Assembly: GCA_051362555.1 (NCBI GenBank)
Contig: CM120643.1
Location: 3,224,001-3,288,000, forward strand
Length of the DNA: 64,000 bases
From: Lingula anatina
Lineage: Eukaryota; Animalia; Brachiopoda
Direction of reading: 5' to 3'
Each line of letters begins with the position of its first letter. Within the stretch, counting starts at the first letter, position 1. A model generated the notes under the pieces. That model did no database searches. It was not told where the DNA came from and worked only from the letters and a program-made list of their open reading frames with translations. Below are positions 41,671 to 53,788 of the stretch, piece after piece. The translations under genes were made by a program, and so were the position numbers.

Positions 41671-42530
41671 GAGTCAGCTGTCATTCAACACCTGAGCCAC
41701 CGCAGAGCAGAATGACCATATATGGGGGAAAGATTTGATAAACAGTCACAGATGAGGTAAGCTCCAGACTAAGATTAGTTCCTTTGTTGTTGCAGGATAT
41801 ATCGTTAGTGCAAGTCACAAACAAGATCGAGCATTTTCGAGATCTTTCATGGACGATTGGTAAATCTATTCAGCAAGTTTATACTTTGGTGTTCCAGCTT
41901 GTTTCATGATTCAGTGTTTATTTTGTTTGTGCATTCGGGATTATTTAGTGATCTGCGTAGCTGGTCAAGGGTCTTCTTTGCTTCGTACATGCCTTGTCTG
42001 CGGCTAGAACTAGACGAAAGACATTAAGTAGTACTACGTACAGTACAGGTGTCGCAGGACGTGATTTGTTTTTGTTTGATATGTGAGAGATTTAATAATG
42101 TTTTCCATGAAATCGTCTGGCATAGAGCTAAATATAATGTAATATCATCTTTTCTTTTTGTTGTGAACCGCTATGGTACATTCAGTAAGCAACCTGATTT
42201 ACGCATTTAAAGATCTACTGGTAATGCCTTGAAATTTAGATATTTTCATATAATATATATATGTAAAAGTTATCATTAGTATCTTTACTTAGGGCACAAA
42301 ACTTTAATTTTTCATTAAATTTAACTTAAGCAGTTTTAATATGACAAAAAGTCTCCAAGATTCTTGTCAAAATTCAGAACACTTGCATTCTATAAATTTT
42401 ACCAGTACATTTGCATATATTCCAGGCCAGTTAGGAAGCAGGTACTGTGCAGGTAACACATCAACCCAAGGACACCCCCCCCCCCCTTCCAGTCCCGCCA
42501 ACCACTCACACCCCACACCCCATTTTCAAC

Positions 42531-43691
42531 ATGGCATCCAGTCAGGACTGGAGCAGTCTCCCAGAGCACGTCGTGGTCAAGATCTTTACCAATCTGTCAC
42601 TGGGTGACCGCTACAACGCTGCCTTGACCTGCAGGGACTGGCTGCACTGCTTTAGTCTGCCCTACCTGTGGAGGCACTTCGATTACTACTTCTACACCAA
42701 GTCCCAGGAGAGGCTGGTCAAGTTGGTCCAGTTGTACGGTCAGTCTATGAAGTCTGTCTACATAGAGCTTGACCAGGGAGAGGCAGAGAATAGGGACAAT
42801 GCGTGTAAGGTGCTAACGGGCCTTGCAAAGTTACCACACAGGAGGTTGCAGCGGATTAGAATTAAATGTACAGGGGAAAACCCATTGTTTTATGTTGGTC
42901 AGGAATTTAAGGAGGCTCTGACTGACCTGTTTGGTCAAGTTGCTAATGGCCAGGGTCTGTCTAATCAGTTATTGGAGGTGGACCTCAGCGGACTGCCAGT
43001 GGCTTACGATGACAGCGTATTTGACGTTCTATCACAAAATCACCCTAATCTAGAAAGATTGAATATACTGAACAGTATATTGGTTTGCAAAGTCACACCT
43101 CAGTGCGTGCTACGTCTAGTAACACGCTGCCGCAAGCTGAAGGAGATTCAGGTCTTCTACAGCAGCATGTCTGAGGATATCCTGGAGGCTTTCACAGAGG
43201 GGAACCGTGCCCCTCTACAACACCTCTCCATGAAGTGCAGGAGGGAGGAGAAATATGGACGGGATTTATCGGACGATATGTGGAAGAGAGTAGTGCAGGC
43301 GCTTCCGGATTTACATGTTACTCTGGCTTTTGACAATACGTGTCCATTGCATAAAGTTAGCCAGATCATGAACCCACAAATTCCAGTCTCAGTTTTACGT
43401 CTGGAGACATTCACAAGGATATATGAGGAAGTCAATCTTGCTACAGATTTTTACCATGATAGCTTGGAAAAGCTAGTACTTCAGACGCGACCTTCAGCAG
43501 AACTGAACAAAGCTTTACTGCGATTATCTTCGTGCTGCCCAAAGTTGCGTGCGCTGCATGTGTTTTGCGTGCTCGACCGTGCTTGTATTGAGAAAATCCA
43601 CGCAGATCATCCTATTTTGAAGGAGAAAGGTTCGTACACACTGAAGGATACAATGGAGCCACATCCCTGGATCTCTGGCAGGGATTGCTAG
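42531..43691 (+). CDS. FBXL8: F-box/LRR-repeat protein 8, single coding exon, 386 aa
   Basis: F-box WSSLPEHVVVKIFTNLSLGDRYNAALTCRDW; C-terminus SAELNKAL..CPKLRALHVFCVL..SYTLK..EPHPW matches FBXL8 (SAELNAAL..HCFCVV..TYTLK..EPHPW); acceptor ccttccag at 42492. Confidence 0.85.
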   Translation: MASSQDWSSLPEHVVVKIFTNLSLGDRYNAALTCRDWLHCFSLPYLWRHFDYYFYTKSQERLVKLVQLYGQSMKSVYIELDQGEAENRDNACKVLTGLAKLPHRRLQRIRIKCTGENPLFYVGQEFKEALTDLFGQVANGQGLSNQLLEVDLSGLPVAYDDSVFDVLSQNHPNLERLNILNSILVCKVTPQCVLRLVTRCRKLKEIQVFYSSMSEDILEAFTEGNRAPLQHLSMKCRREEKYGRDLSDDMWKRVVQALPDLHVTLAFDNTCPLHKVSQIMNPQIPVSVLRLETFTRIYEEVNLATDFYHDSLEKLVLQTRPSAELNKALLRLSSCCPKLRALHVFCVLDRACIEKIHADHPILKEKGSYTLKDTMEPHPWISGRDC

Positions 43692-43706
43692 GTTAGGATC
43701 GCAATA

Positions 43707-43965
43707 TGACTGGGTTTGCATGCCTAGTTTGATCTAACATGATCGATCCATCTCCAAGGGGTTTCTTGCTAAATTGCTTTCAGCTTAAGCGGCTTAGATG
43801 TCTGGTATGCTTACTGAAGCTGCTAAGTAATAATTAATTACCCCCAAGCAGCTTCAGTAGACCTGGCAGACATCTAAGCCGCTTGAGTTGATAGCAATGA
43901 AGAAGAATCCCCTTGGAGATAGATCGATCCAAAGTTAGTATTATAGGGGCTGGGAATAGTCGGTA
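43707..43965. mobile_element. MITE family A copy in the FBXL8 3' UTR
   Basis: Fold-back gatcgatccatctccaaggg...cccttggagatagatcgatc. Confidence 0.8.
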
Positions 43966-44177
43966 AGACTGTGTCACACCTAACACTATACCTCATCACA
44001 TCTTTTATAGATCAGAAACCTGTCACAATATATCATTATATACAACATAGTATGATCAAGTTAATATCATTTATAACAATGATAACTGAGAATGTAAATT
44101 TTATTTGTGGAAATTTGTCAATGTACCAGTAGTTGTGATATATATTATCTTTTATGTAGCTATATATTGTAGCAGTA

Positions 44178-44221
<44 letters not shown>
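44178..44221. repeat. (GT)n(GA)n microsatellite
   Basis: Direct observation. Confidence 0.9.
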
Positions 44222-45573
44222 CTCAAACTTCTATACAGCAGTTTTCATCTATAACATTACAGGCCAAATATGCTTTGTATATTGCAGATGTTTATTTTGG
44301 ATAATTATTAACAGGAAGATCTTCCAATTCCATAACATCATTTAGCAGTCTGTTCTTCTGAACTGGTTTTTAAGAAATGAGGATTCCATATGAATTAAGT
44401 CAGAGGAAATTTGGAGATGGCTTATATTTGATCAAGTAATGTTTGTAGGATTTGACTTTTTAAGTAAAATTAATTATATGTAAGTATTTAGGCTAAAAAA
44501 TGTAAATTCTGTGATGGCTTAAGCGTGCAATATTTTCCAGTGTCACTTAATGATTTTTATACTTTTGATTATTGATTTACTATTTTAGATACTAATCCAT
44601 AGCGCATATAGATATAATCGTTTCTTTTTTCTTTGGAAGCTGATGAGATATACACATATAGTGCTTTAAGATAACTATTTACTATTAAGACAAGATCATT
44701 TCTCAAGTATACATGTTAGCGGACTTTTGTTAGACATGTTTAGAATTTCAGCCCAGGAGAAAGTAACCATGAAATTAATTAATGAAATTATTAAGTTAAA
44801 ATACATTTTGATAACTCGATTTCTTTGTTTAAAATGAAAAAAGAAAAAAAACCCTGTAAAACAAAAATATTTTAAATTGAGCAAAAAATAAAAGTATAAA
44901 AAATAATATACATTTCATAAGATGTAACACTTAAACATCCATATGTGTTGTTTACTGCCTAACATATTTGAATCATTTGTTGATGAAAAATGAAATATAA
45001 GTAACTTTTAAATTTGCCAAAAATTGCAAATGCTGAAATTGCAATATATTTCACATGATGTAACACTCAAACGTACAGATTTCAAAGAATGTCATGAAAT
45101 ATTAAATTTTCCAATTTCATTATTTTATTTTTCTACTGCCGTTAATGATAGATCCACATTATTTTCTGTAAAATGATGTAATTTTTTTAATATTTCCCTT
45201 CTTTAGAGGTATGTGAAATACAGTAGGATTCACTATTCTGTTGTTCCAAAAAATGAAGAAAATTATGGGTATTATGAAAATGGTCTTTATTTTAACATAT
45301 TCAAAATTATATGAAACCATATATGTGTAATTTTTTAAAGTCAGAAATAAACGTCATAATAAATTATTATTTTTGTTCATTTGTTATGAATCTTAAAAGT
45401 GACAGTCTTTATGTAATTACTTGACATAACTACATATCCCCGAATGAACAAAAGAAAACAAAAAAAATTCTTAGATCAAAGATAACTCCTGACTAGTAAT
45501 TTTCTGAGATTTAGATCATAATAAACAAGTTTGTATCTTCTCCCACTGACCATGTCCACCTCTTGTCTATTTT

Positions 45574-47430
45574 CTAACCCGTGGTCTGACATGATACAAC
45601 AGCAGAATTCATTGGGCCAACTTTTGTATGGTCAAAAATACACCTCACCCAAATGTAGTACATCGTTTGAGGTTTGATTTTATCACGAAACTGATGACTC
45701 CTTTTTTTCATCTTATAAGCAGCGTAGTCCTCACTACCTTTTTCTTGGATCCACACTTCGTATTCAATTTCTCTTGGGTCAAAAAATTGTATATTCCAAG
45801 GTGGTTGCCATGACAACCACAATCCAGCCTTGCCATTGGTTGATTCTTCAAATGGCAAGCATGTTAATTTTTCCACCTGAGCAGGTAGGATTCTGTCTTC
45901 ATTCAAGTCATCAATATTTTCTACTGCACCCTGTGCTTCCAATGAAGTCTTGATCAATTCAACGATCACAGGGACATCAACAACAGTGTCCTGGTAAATT
46001 CTGAAAAGCCACTCAGGATCAGAACAACATAGGTGTGGGGGTACCTCAGAACTTGTCAAAATTTCTTGCTGTTTTTCCTTGCTTAAATGCCAAATACCTC
46101 CCAAATCCTCCGGATAGTCAGGGTGTGTCACGGTATTCCTGATATGAGTATTCTTCCATGCTTTGTATGTTATCTTCATGCCTTTGAGATTAGCTAGAGT
46201 TTTATATGGAGTGTAATTATCTGGATTTATGGCAAACGGAAATAACTCAACAAGCACAGATTGTGGAGGTAAAAACATGGATAAAATCAATAGAGAACCG
46301 TGGATTCCAACAGCAATTTTTGCACGAGATACTACTGCAATCATTTCTGAAAGGGTGTGTGTCTCCATGCTGACACTGATAACTTGCATGTTAAACTTTT
46401 CAGCTAGGCTTAAAGAAAGCTCCACCTCATTGAGAATGAGACGATTTTGTTTTCTTGAAAATATCACTAAAATGTTTTGTTGATCACTCTGTTTTATGTA
46501 CTGCTCCTCGCTCGATGTTTTGCCAGAATTAACTCCATATGTTTGTTTTTCAATTATTTTTTCACTTTGTGGTCCATCACTAATTTCAAGCCTCCTTTTC
46601 ATAAAAGCTGTGAACTGTCTGATTTCTAAAGCATTTATTTCAGGATGAGGTAAGGGGCCCTGCGGTTCCTTGAAGCCATATTGGTACCATGTTGTCCGCT
46701 TTGAAATACCAACTGTTGCTGCCTGAAAACACACCAAGTTGTCCTGCAGTGAATTCTGAAAATCCGTTTTCAATAATGGTTTGTGGTTTGTAATTTTATC
46801 GTAGATATGCTGAAACTCTCCAGCATCTCTCCCTTCCATAAACACTAAGCGGATGCCGTCCATGGCAGCCATGTTGAAATGAGAGATGGTTCTCAGTGTG
46901 TGATAAGATGGGAGAAGATCATCGTGAAAGATGTGCATCAGATTGTCAGGTTTAAAACGATTCATTATCAGACAGTGCTCTTCAGTCACAGAGATATTAA
47001 ACTGACCAGCTGCAGCTACAGGGAAGTCATCATAGTTAAAATACTGAGTGTTATGATCCTCCACGGCTGACATGTCCAGGAGAGCTGGCCCTTCTTGAGT
47101 GGTGCCATCTATCAAAGAGTGCTTGCTGTGAAAGAAAACAAAGCGTTCATGATGTGGAGAATAGCAGAGATTTTTAAAATGACACAGTCTCTTAGTGTGG
47201 GTGCCTCCAACACACCAAACTGAGGACCCCTCAAGAAGCAGTGTGTCCACATAATTCTGATGTTCCTCGGTTGATACTGCCTCTCTGACACCATGTTCTA
47301 TACTTCTATTCTTCTCTGATAATGCATTTTCTAACTCTATTAGTTTCTGACTGGCCTCCATATATAAATAGATCACAGAAGCAATAACAATTGTCATGAA
47401 AGTATGGAGTATGTGATGGTATGAATCCAT
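45574..47430 (-). CDS. POMGNT2: Protein O-linked-mannose beta-1,4-N-acetylglucosaminyltransferase 2 (GT61 + FN3), single coding exon, 618 aa
   Basis: Type II membrane anchor; NRFKPDNLMHIFHDDLLP, WYQYGFKEPQGP, FSRKQNRLILNE, VELFPFAINPDNYTPYKTLA, EVPPHLCCSDPEWLFRIYQDT; C-terminal FN3 (LSWQPPWN..YEVWIQE..YYIWVRC). Confidence 0.95.
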   Translation of the reverse strand: MDSYHHILHTFMTIVIASVIYLYMEASQKLIELENALSEKNRSIEHGVREAVSTEEHQNYVDTLLLEGSSVWCVGGTHTKRLCHFKNLCYSPHHERFVFFHSKHSLIDGTTQEGPALLDMSAVEDHNTQYFNYDDFPVAAAGQFNISVTEEHCLIMNRFKPDNLMHIFHDDLLPSYHTLRTISHFNMAAMDGIRLVFMEGRDAGEFQHIYDKITNHKPLLKTDFQNSLQDNLVCFQAATVGISKRTTWYQYGFKEPQGPLPHPEINALEIRQFTAFMKRRLEISDGPQSEKIIEKQTYGVNSGKTSSEEQYIKQSDQQNILVIFSRKQNRLILNEVELSLSLAEKFNMQVISVSMETHTLSEMIAVVSRAKIAVGIHGSLLILSMFLPPQSVLVELFPFAINPDNYTPYKTLANLKGMKITYKAWKNTHIRNTVTHPDYPEDLGGIWHLSKEKQQEILTSSEVPPHLCCSDPEWLFRIYQDTVVDVPVIVELIKTSLEAQGAVENIDDLNEDRILPAQVEKLTCLPFEESTNGKAGLWLSWQPPWNIQFFDPREIEYEVWIQEKGSEDYAAYKMKKRSHQFRDKIKPQTMYYIWVRCIFDHTKVGPMNSAVVSCQTTG

Positions 47431-47716
47431 TATATGTAACACAATTATGCCTTGAGTGCAACAATTAGTCCATCAAATATGTTGTTGGTAAATACCATTA
47501 CTCCAAGCATTAGTTTACATTTACTTTGATATGCCCACTCTTTAAAGGACCACACATCAAATAAATGTCAGATTTCCTTGATGGCATGGTTTATAAGTCT
47601 TCATTTCTAATTTCTTTTCTCTACTGCTTGAATAACAGCATATATTCCAAAAGCTTCATGAATCTATGACTGTAACATCCTCTTTAAATTCACAAGATGA
47701 CAGTCAGTCTTCAGCA

Positions 47717-47847
47717 TCACAGAGTTGCCAATATCCTAGTGAATGAGATGAAAATGACAATCACTGTCTGTGCCACGCCCCACACCAAGGCATACAACGG
47801 CTTCATTTCAAATCCTGAAGTCCTGTACACACCTGCTACTGCTGCAC
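47717..47847 (-). CDS. TMEM170: Transmembrane protein 170, coding exon 3
   Basis: tatag acceptor; SAAVAGVYRTSGFEMKPLYALVWGVAQTVIVIFISFTRILATL-TGA matches the TMEM170 C-terminus (RILATL). Confidence 0.92.
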
Positions 47848-47902
47848 CTATATAAATAAAACAGGTCATTACTCATTGCATATACATGTAAATGAAAATT
47901 AT

Positions 47903-48082
47903 CTAACACAAGCCGAAAAAATCTTTCATGCTGTTAGCTTACGGCCAGCCTGGTGTGATGATGTGAGCTGACGTTGACACTTGCTGACCGCTAGGTGGTT
48001 AAGCGGCCAGGACCTTCTTGTAAATGTCTTATAGATGTTATAAATGTAAGCTAACGGTATGAAAGATTTTCGACTTGTGTTT
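47903..48082. mobile_element. Small palindromic MITE
   Basis: aacacaagccgaaaaaatctttcatgctgttagcttac versus gtaagctaacggtatgaaagattttcgacttgtgtt. Confidence 0.65.
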
Positions 48083-49749
48083 GATTAAAAGGACACAAAA
48101 GAGGATTTTCGCGCCAAAATTGATTTATCCTGATTTATCCCGATGTTAACACTACTTTTCCGCGATTTACCAACCTTTAATCTATCATTCCCGGCACTCG
48201 CCATCGCTCTGTAACATTTTTGGAAAATACAATAAAAAGAAAACCTCCGCTTAAGCGGAGGTTTACCAACAACCACCTCCATTTTCATAATTGAGCTCTC
48301 TAGACTTCCGGATCTCGCGAGATTCTCGTATTGCGACCTAGTTAAAACCAGTTCAAGCTGCCGGGAAAGGACAACGTGAAACAGGAGGCTCAGTTATGCT
48401 GGGAGTCCTTCGAAGAAGCGAAGACAGATAACAAAAAGAAAAAAGAAACAGCCTTTACAAAAAAAAGGGTAAAACAGTGTATCAGCAAATGTACGACAGG
48501 CAAACAATAAACACCGGCGAGGAAGAAGGCAGATGAAAACCTGCTTGGGTGGCCATGGATACGAAGAATGGCCTGGCCGCGAAGTATTTACTGGATTTGT
48601 GAGTACCATTTACAATAATCTTTGAGATAAGACACCAGTGAAAATATTTATTAAGCACAGAGATTTATGTTTATTTACGTGTGTTCGTTGTATATCTTAA
48701 CGATTGTCAGGCTCGTCTGTCAAAATATGCCATGAAATTGTAACTAATATGAGTGGTATCGATGACAGAAATTGCAAGTGTTGCTCATATGTCGACTCTG
48801 ACAGGGTTTGGGTTAGTTTATAGAGCAAAGAAAGTTTAAATAAAAACGGACATGGTGGGAGATACTAGTCTCATTACATATACATTACAATGACCAGGGC
48901 GAGTTTTTGACTTACCGAGGGCACATTTCTTGTGCCTCTAACATCTAGGCATACCACAGTAATTAAGACATATGACAAAGATGCTATTTCTTTAGGCATC
49001 TAAATCCCAAAATGAATGTGCAGAAGCTGTTATTGTATCTAAGTTTAACCCAATGTTAAATGGCATGTCAACTATAAGTGAAAATAAATAGTAGTATTTT
49101 GATTTTATATTTTAAAGACAATTTGTCTCCTTTTTACATTAAAAATAAATAAATCAGAAAGGGGATGTTGCATGTTTATGTTTGGTACATCTCTCTAATG
49201 TATTAAATAGTCCAGAGTAATAATTTAGATCATACAATTTTAACTTCCAACCAGTATTTCGGAGATTAAACCAATATGAAGTGATCAAGAAACTTCAAAA
49301 TTAAGTTGTAGTTAATACTAGTGCAGTTGAAGATGACAGTCTAGATAATTAAGGTGATCATATTGAGAAAAATGGCATTTATACTTATTTCAGTTGAATT
49401 TTATACTTATTTCAGTTATGTTTTTACATAATTTTTCTCAAACTCGATTATCTTATTTTATGTACTGTTGCTTTTTTTTTTTTTGGTTGCAGTATCAAGG
49501 TAACTTTTTCCTATGGTATGCCTGAACTGGAAGAAGTGCAGATGGAAGAGGAGGAAGATGCTGAAGAAGAGGGAATTAAAGGATCCTGATGATCCAACAT
49601 GGGACTAAAACATGTCTTTAGAGTAAGCAGAATTTTAATAAGCTGATATTCACTCCTCATATATTAGGCATATAGGTTCATGATTTCTCTTTTATCAATT
49701 TTTTTTCCAAATTGGCGACACATAATGTAAACATAATGCAAGACTCTAT

Positions 49750-50310
49750 TTCCTCCGTCAACTGAAACGAGCTAAGCTTTACCAAAGTATTGTGCACTCA
49801 ATTCTAGAATATGCCTGCCCTGTGTGGCATCCAGGACTAACTATAGAGCAATGCAAACTCTAAGAGACTGACCAAACTCGTGCTTTGAAGATTATTTTCC
49901 CTGACCTATACTATGATGAAACCCTGAACCTGGCATATGTGTACTTTAGATAAACGAAGAGGTCTGTGCAAAACTTTCTTTTACAAAATAACTGAATCCT
50001 CTGACAAACTGAATCACATCTTTATTGATCAATCCAATCGTCTTTTAAGATCAAACAATAGTAACAAAGTGCCACAATTTAAGACCGACAGATTCTGATG
50101 CTCTTTTATTCCGTATGCACTTTTAAATTTCCAATAGTATTATGTTGTCTTTTATCCTAAGTACAATAATTTTAAAGTTCAATTAGCAGTCTTTTAACTC
50201 AGTTTTATTCAAGCAAATATTCACTTTATTTTCATTATAATTTTCTTAACACTATGTACAACTTCAACCCACTGGGTTGCAATCTTAATAAATTATTATT
50301 ATTATTATTT
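49750..50310 (+). mobile_element. 5'-truncated CR1/L2-group LINE 3' end nested in the Kolobok element
   Basis: LRQLKRA..SILEYACPVWHPGLT..QTRALKIIFP..KTDRF*CSFIPYAL, followed by AATAAA and an (ATT)n tail. Confidence 0.85.
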
Positions 50311-52294
50311 TGATTTGCTTTTTTAGACCTAAAGGTTATGAGCAACTGCCAGTATGGTGTCCTGAAGAAGAGTTTTTTACATGGAAGAAGAACTCCATGG
50401 CTCTCCACCAAAAAAAGATGAACTTTTCTTGAGGGTCCAAAGCGGGGACGAGTTGGATAGTGAGAGACTTTTCCTGACTTTCGAGTGCTGCTTACAGGAT
50501 ATATTCAGTGAACTCATCTTGCCAATGTGACAAAGCATAATCTGCTGACTTCAAACCATCTAGCACTTACATGTATGCTATAATGCAGACAGATTGGAAA
50601 TCAAGGCGGTCTTTCCTCCCAAACCTAAGTCATATGCCTGATATTGAGAATAAACCATTTTGGTCCAGCATTTACTTCTTAAATCTAAATGACATCAAAT
50701 GTATTATGGAATATGGTACTGGTGGCATATTGTGATTTCAACTTGATTTTAAACCAGTGTGTTGTTAGATTTTGTAAGATCACCAGTTGCAGTTTTGTGA
50801 CTTTGTTACAGCATAAAATTCTGTATTTGGCAAATGACTGCATGTCATTTCTTTTAAGACCTACAAAAATGGTTTGAGTGATCACTTGTGCCTGTATTCA
50901 ATTCTCCACTCAGCCATTATTTAGAATTCATGCAGGGAAGCTATGCCTGTATTTTTTAAAGAAATATTTATACCTTTCTATTTATTCCCTGCACATCTTG
51001 GAAAAGTATGTGTGAATATCTTACTGATGAAACAATTTATGTTTGTGTAAGTTGGGTTGGTCCTTTCTTATGACACATCCCTTTGCATGGAGACAGCTCA
51101 CATGAGTCAATACACTGACAGAGAGGGGGATAATTTGTTGATCTGCAATCCTCATGGGTCTGCATGTACATCAGACTCTTAACATGATAGCCTGGCTATT
51201 AATAATCTCTCAAAAATGTTATCATACTATAATGTGTACTGTACAATGTGAAAGTTTGTGAATGCTTGAATAGAAGGCTTATTTATGAAGATGGCATTAA
51301 TGAGTATGAAAATAATTATGCATTCTAGCTTACAGAATCTGTGTATGTCTTATTCATTACATGTGACAGGTAATAATAAAGATGATTTGGCCAAATTCCA
51401 AACTTATGTAGCAAACTTTGTTTATTCTTGTATTTTTGCCAAATATAAATAAAAGATGTTTCAATATTTAAACTTTTATTTCATTCATAATCTCTACCCA
51501 GTTAATGCTTCATTGATACTGCAGCTTATGCTTTGTACATAACAATATGTTAATTAATAATAACAGTTGGATAGTACATGTTAATTTACTAAAGGGCTAG
51601 TTCTTAGAAAAACATGTTCAACATTAAAATATATTCTAAAAAAGTTTTCAAGTATTGCATTAGAATTGAATCTTTTGATGTATTTGACAAAATTATAAAA
51701 TTATTGAAGAGTTGACAATGCACAGAAAATAAAGGCCTTGAGGCTCTCGCTGATCTCAGTCTTGTCACTTTAAATACATGTACATGGGCATTATAATATA
51801 AAACTGTTCACTCGGTTTTGGTAAAAGGTGGTGGATCATGTGGTCATCGCTGCAAATTTTTTGTAGCAGTCTTTTTACACAACTTGTCACACCGACATTG
51901 AAGTGATGCAGTATTGTAAGATTGGAGTGCTTCCTGGTATGAGTTTTCCAGACATAACTTGAGGCACTGTAATAGTAAAATTACATAAAATGGTTATAAA
52001 GAAAAAAATGTATTGATATTATCATAACAGCACTATTCTTTAACAAAAATCAACAAATTAGAGGGCATGATCACTACATGATAACCAGCTTATTATAAAG
52101 AAGCAAGTCTGATTATGGCAAAAAAAAAAAAAAAAAATTAAATTTAAATATCTGCAGCTGCATTAAATCATAAAGGCCACAAGAAGAAATAACATAATCA
52201 CACATGGTTTCAAAGAACTGATGTAAAAAAATCACACTAATATTCCCCACTTGGAATTAGAATTTTGACTAGCTAATTTACTACAATAAAGTGC

Positions 52295-52456
52295 TAAACC
52301 GTACCAAATGGCACTGTTCACCCTCTAAAATACCAAAGTTTTAAGCAGGCCCAGGACCCCACGCCAACTAGGGGGGGGGGGGGGGGGGGGGGGGGTCGGC
52401 TTTGCATCCGCGGACCCCCCCCCCCCCCCTTTTCAAATAATCCTGGATCCGCCCAT
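52295..52456 (-). repeat. Repeat family D copy
   Basis: aaccgtaccaaatggcactgttcaccctctaaaatacc...aatcctggatccgcccatg. Confidence 0.7.
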
Positions 52457-53617
52457 GTTATACTGCTAAAATTATTAACATACCTGATCTCTTCACTCGT
52501 GCTTGAAGGGGTGTATCACCCAATTCCTCCTCTGTGGCGCTAAAAAATCATTCCTTATAATCATATTCATTGACAATATTATTAAATTTACAAATAAGCT
52601 AACGTAGTTACGTGCCGTACAAAGAACACCCTAGGCTCTAACCCCACTAGTACTCGAGTTACATTGTATATCTCATGGGATTCCCCTGCGAGAATATGGT
52701 GTGAGGTTAGTCTGTAAGTACTGGTAGATGACCACATTGAGCAGAAAAGGGTATTCCTCCTGCTTTACAGAACTATACACCTCAGGGGTAAAGTGCACTA
52801 TCTCGCTTCATATAACTAGTAGTACGTACCCAGTGCGAGTGATTTGGCTGCGAGTGCGTTACCCGAGGAAACGTTAATTATTAGCAGTTATCTACGCTTT
52901 TTAACTTCCTCTGCCAGACATTTTGATTTCCACTGCCATCTTCCCATTTTAAAGTACTTTTGGTAAATATAACTCGCTTACCTGCAAAGATTCGGTGAGC
53001 AATTCCTCTTCTCCTTCACGTCCACGCTCACCTTCGAAACGACATGCTGTCTGCATTGTTTACATCTCGTATCTGAGTCGAGAAGCCGCGTTATTTCAAA
53101 CTGTGTCAAGATGGCTGACGCCCGGGGTTCGAAAGTGGACGGTGAATATGATTCTTTTTTTCGATATTGATTAAGGCCATTTACCTGCCATTTTATGCTT
53201 TACCCATAGCAATTGTTCTCAGATAAGTTAAAAAAGAAGCAACCCATGCACTAAAAAGGCGTTTTTAATCCTATTTTTTGTCCCTTTAATTTATTTGTGA
53301 TCCAACTACCAAGCTAATGGACATTTTGCCAATATATACATGTTGTTATACATTTTTAAAAACTTTTTATACTGGTACATTTTCACAATGACTATAACCT
53401 AACTATATGAGAGACCAGCACTACCAGAGCTGTTGAATGTAAGTGCTAGGTTTTGGTGCTAAATAATTTTACAGTGTGCTGGTTAATTCTTGGGTTTGGT
53501 GGTTAGTATGGGCATCAGTGCTAAAAGATCTGGGGGAGTATTAGTAAACGCCAAATCCATTTACAAGGCCTCTTCCTAATGCACAACTATAACAATGATT
53601 TTTAAAATCAAACCAAC

Positions 53618-53788
53618 TTGTGATCACTCCTCCTGTCAGTGGCCCTAGCACACCCATCAACAAGATCAGGGCAGGAGTGAAGCGTCCCAGCTTGTGTTTT
53701 CTGAGCCGTCCAAATGCTATTGCTGCTCCTATCAGATGGACAAAGATGGATGAAAACAGAGCCCACAGGAACACTTGGTACCAGATCT
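53618..53788 (-). CDS. TMEM170: Transmembrane protein 170, coding exon 2
   Basis: tttcag acceptor, gttggt donor; EIWYQVFLWALFSSIFVHLIGAAIAFGRLRKHKLGRF..MGVLGPLTGGVIT. Confidence 0.92.

Larger units (their letters stand above)
48089..53285. mobile_element. Decayed Kolobok-type DNA transposon (~5.2 kb) in TMEM170 intron 2
   Basis: TTAA at 48085-48088 and 53286-53289; imperfect TIR AAGGACACAAAAGAGGATT / AGGGACAAAAAATAGGATT (16/19). Convergent broken exons: LAAKYLLD|gtgagt ~48600 (+), SERLFLTFECCLQDIFS ~50460-50510 (+), MQTACRFE..LQ|gtaagc ~52980-53056 (-). Confidence 0.65.
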
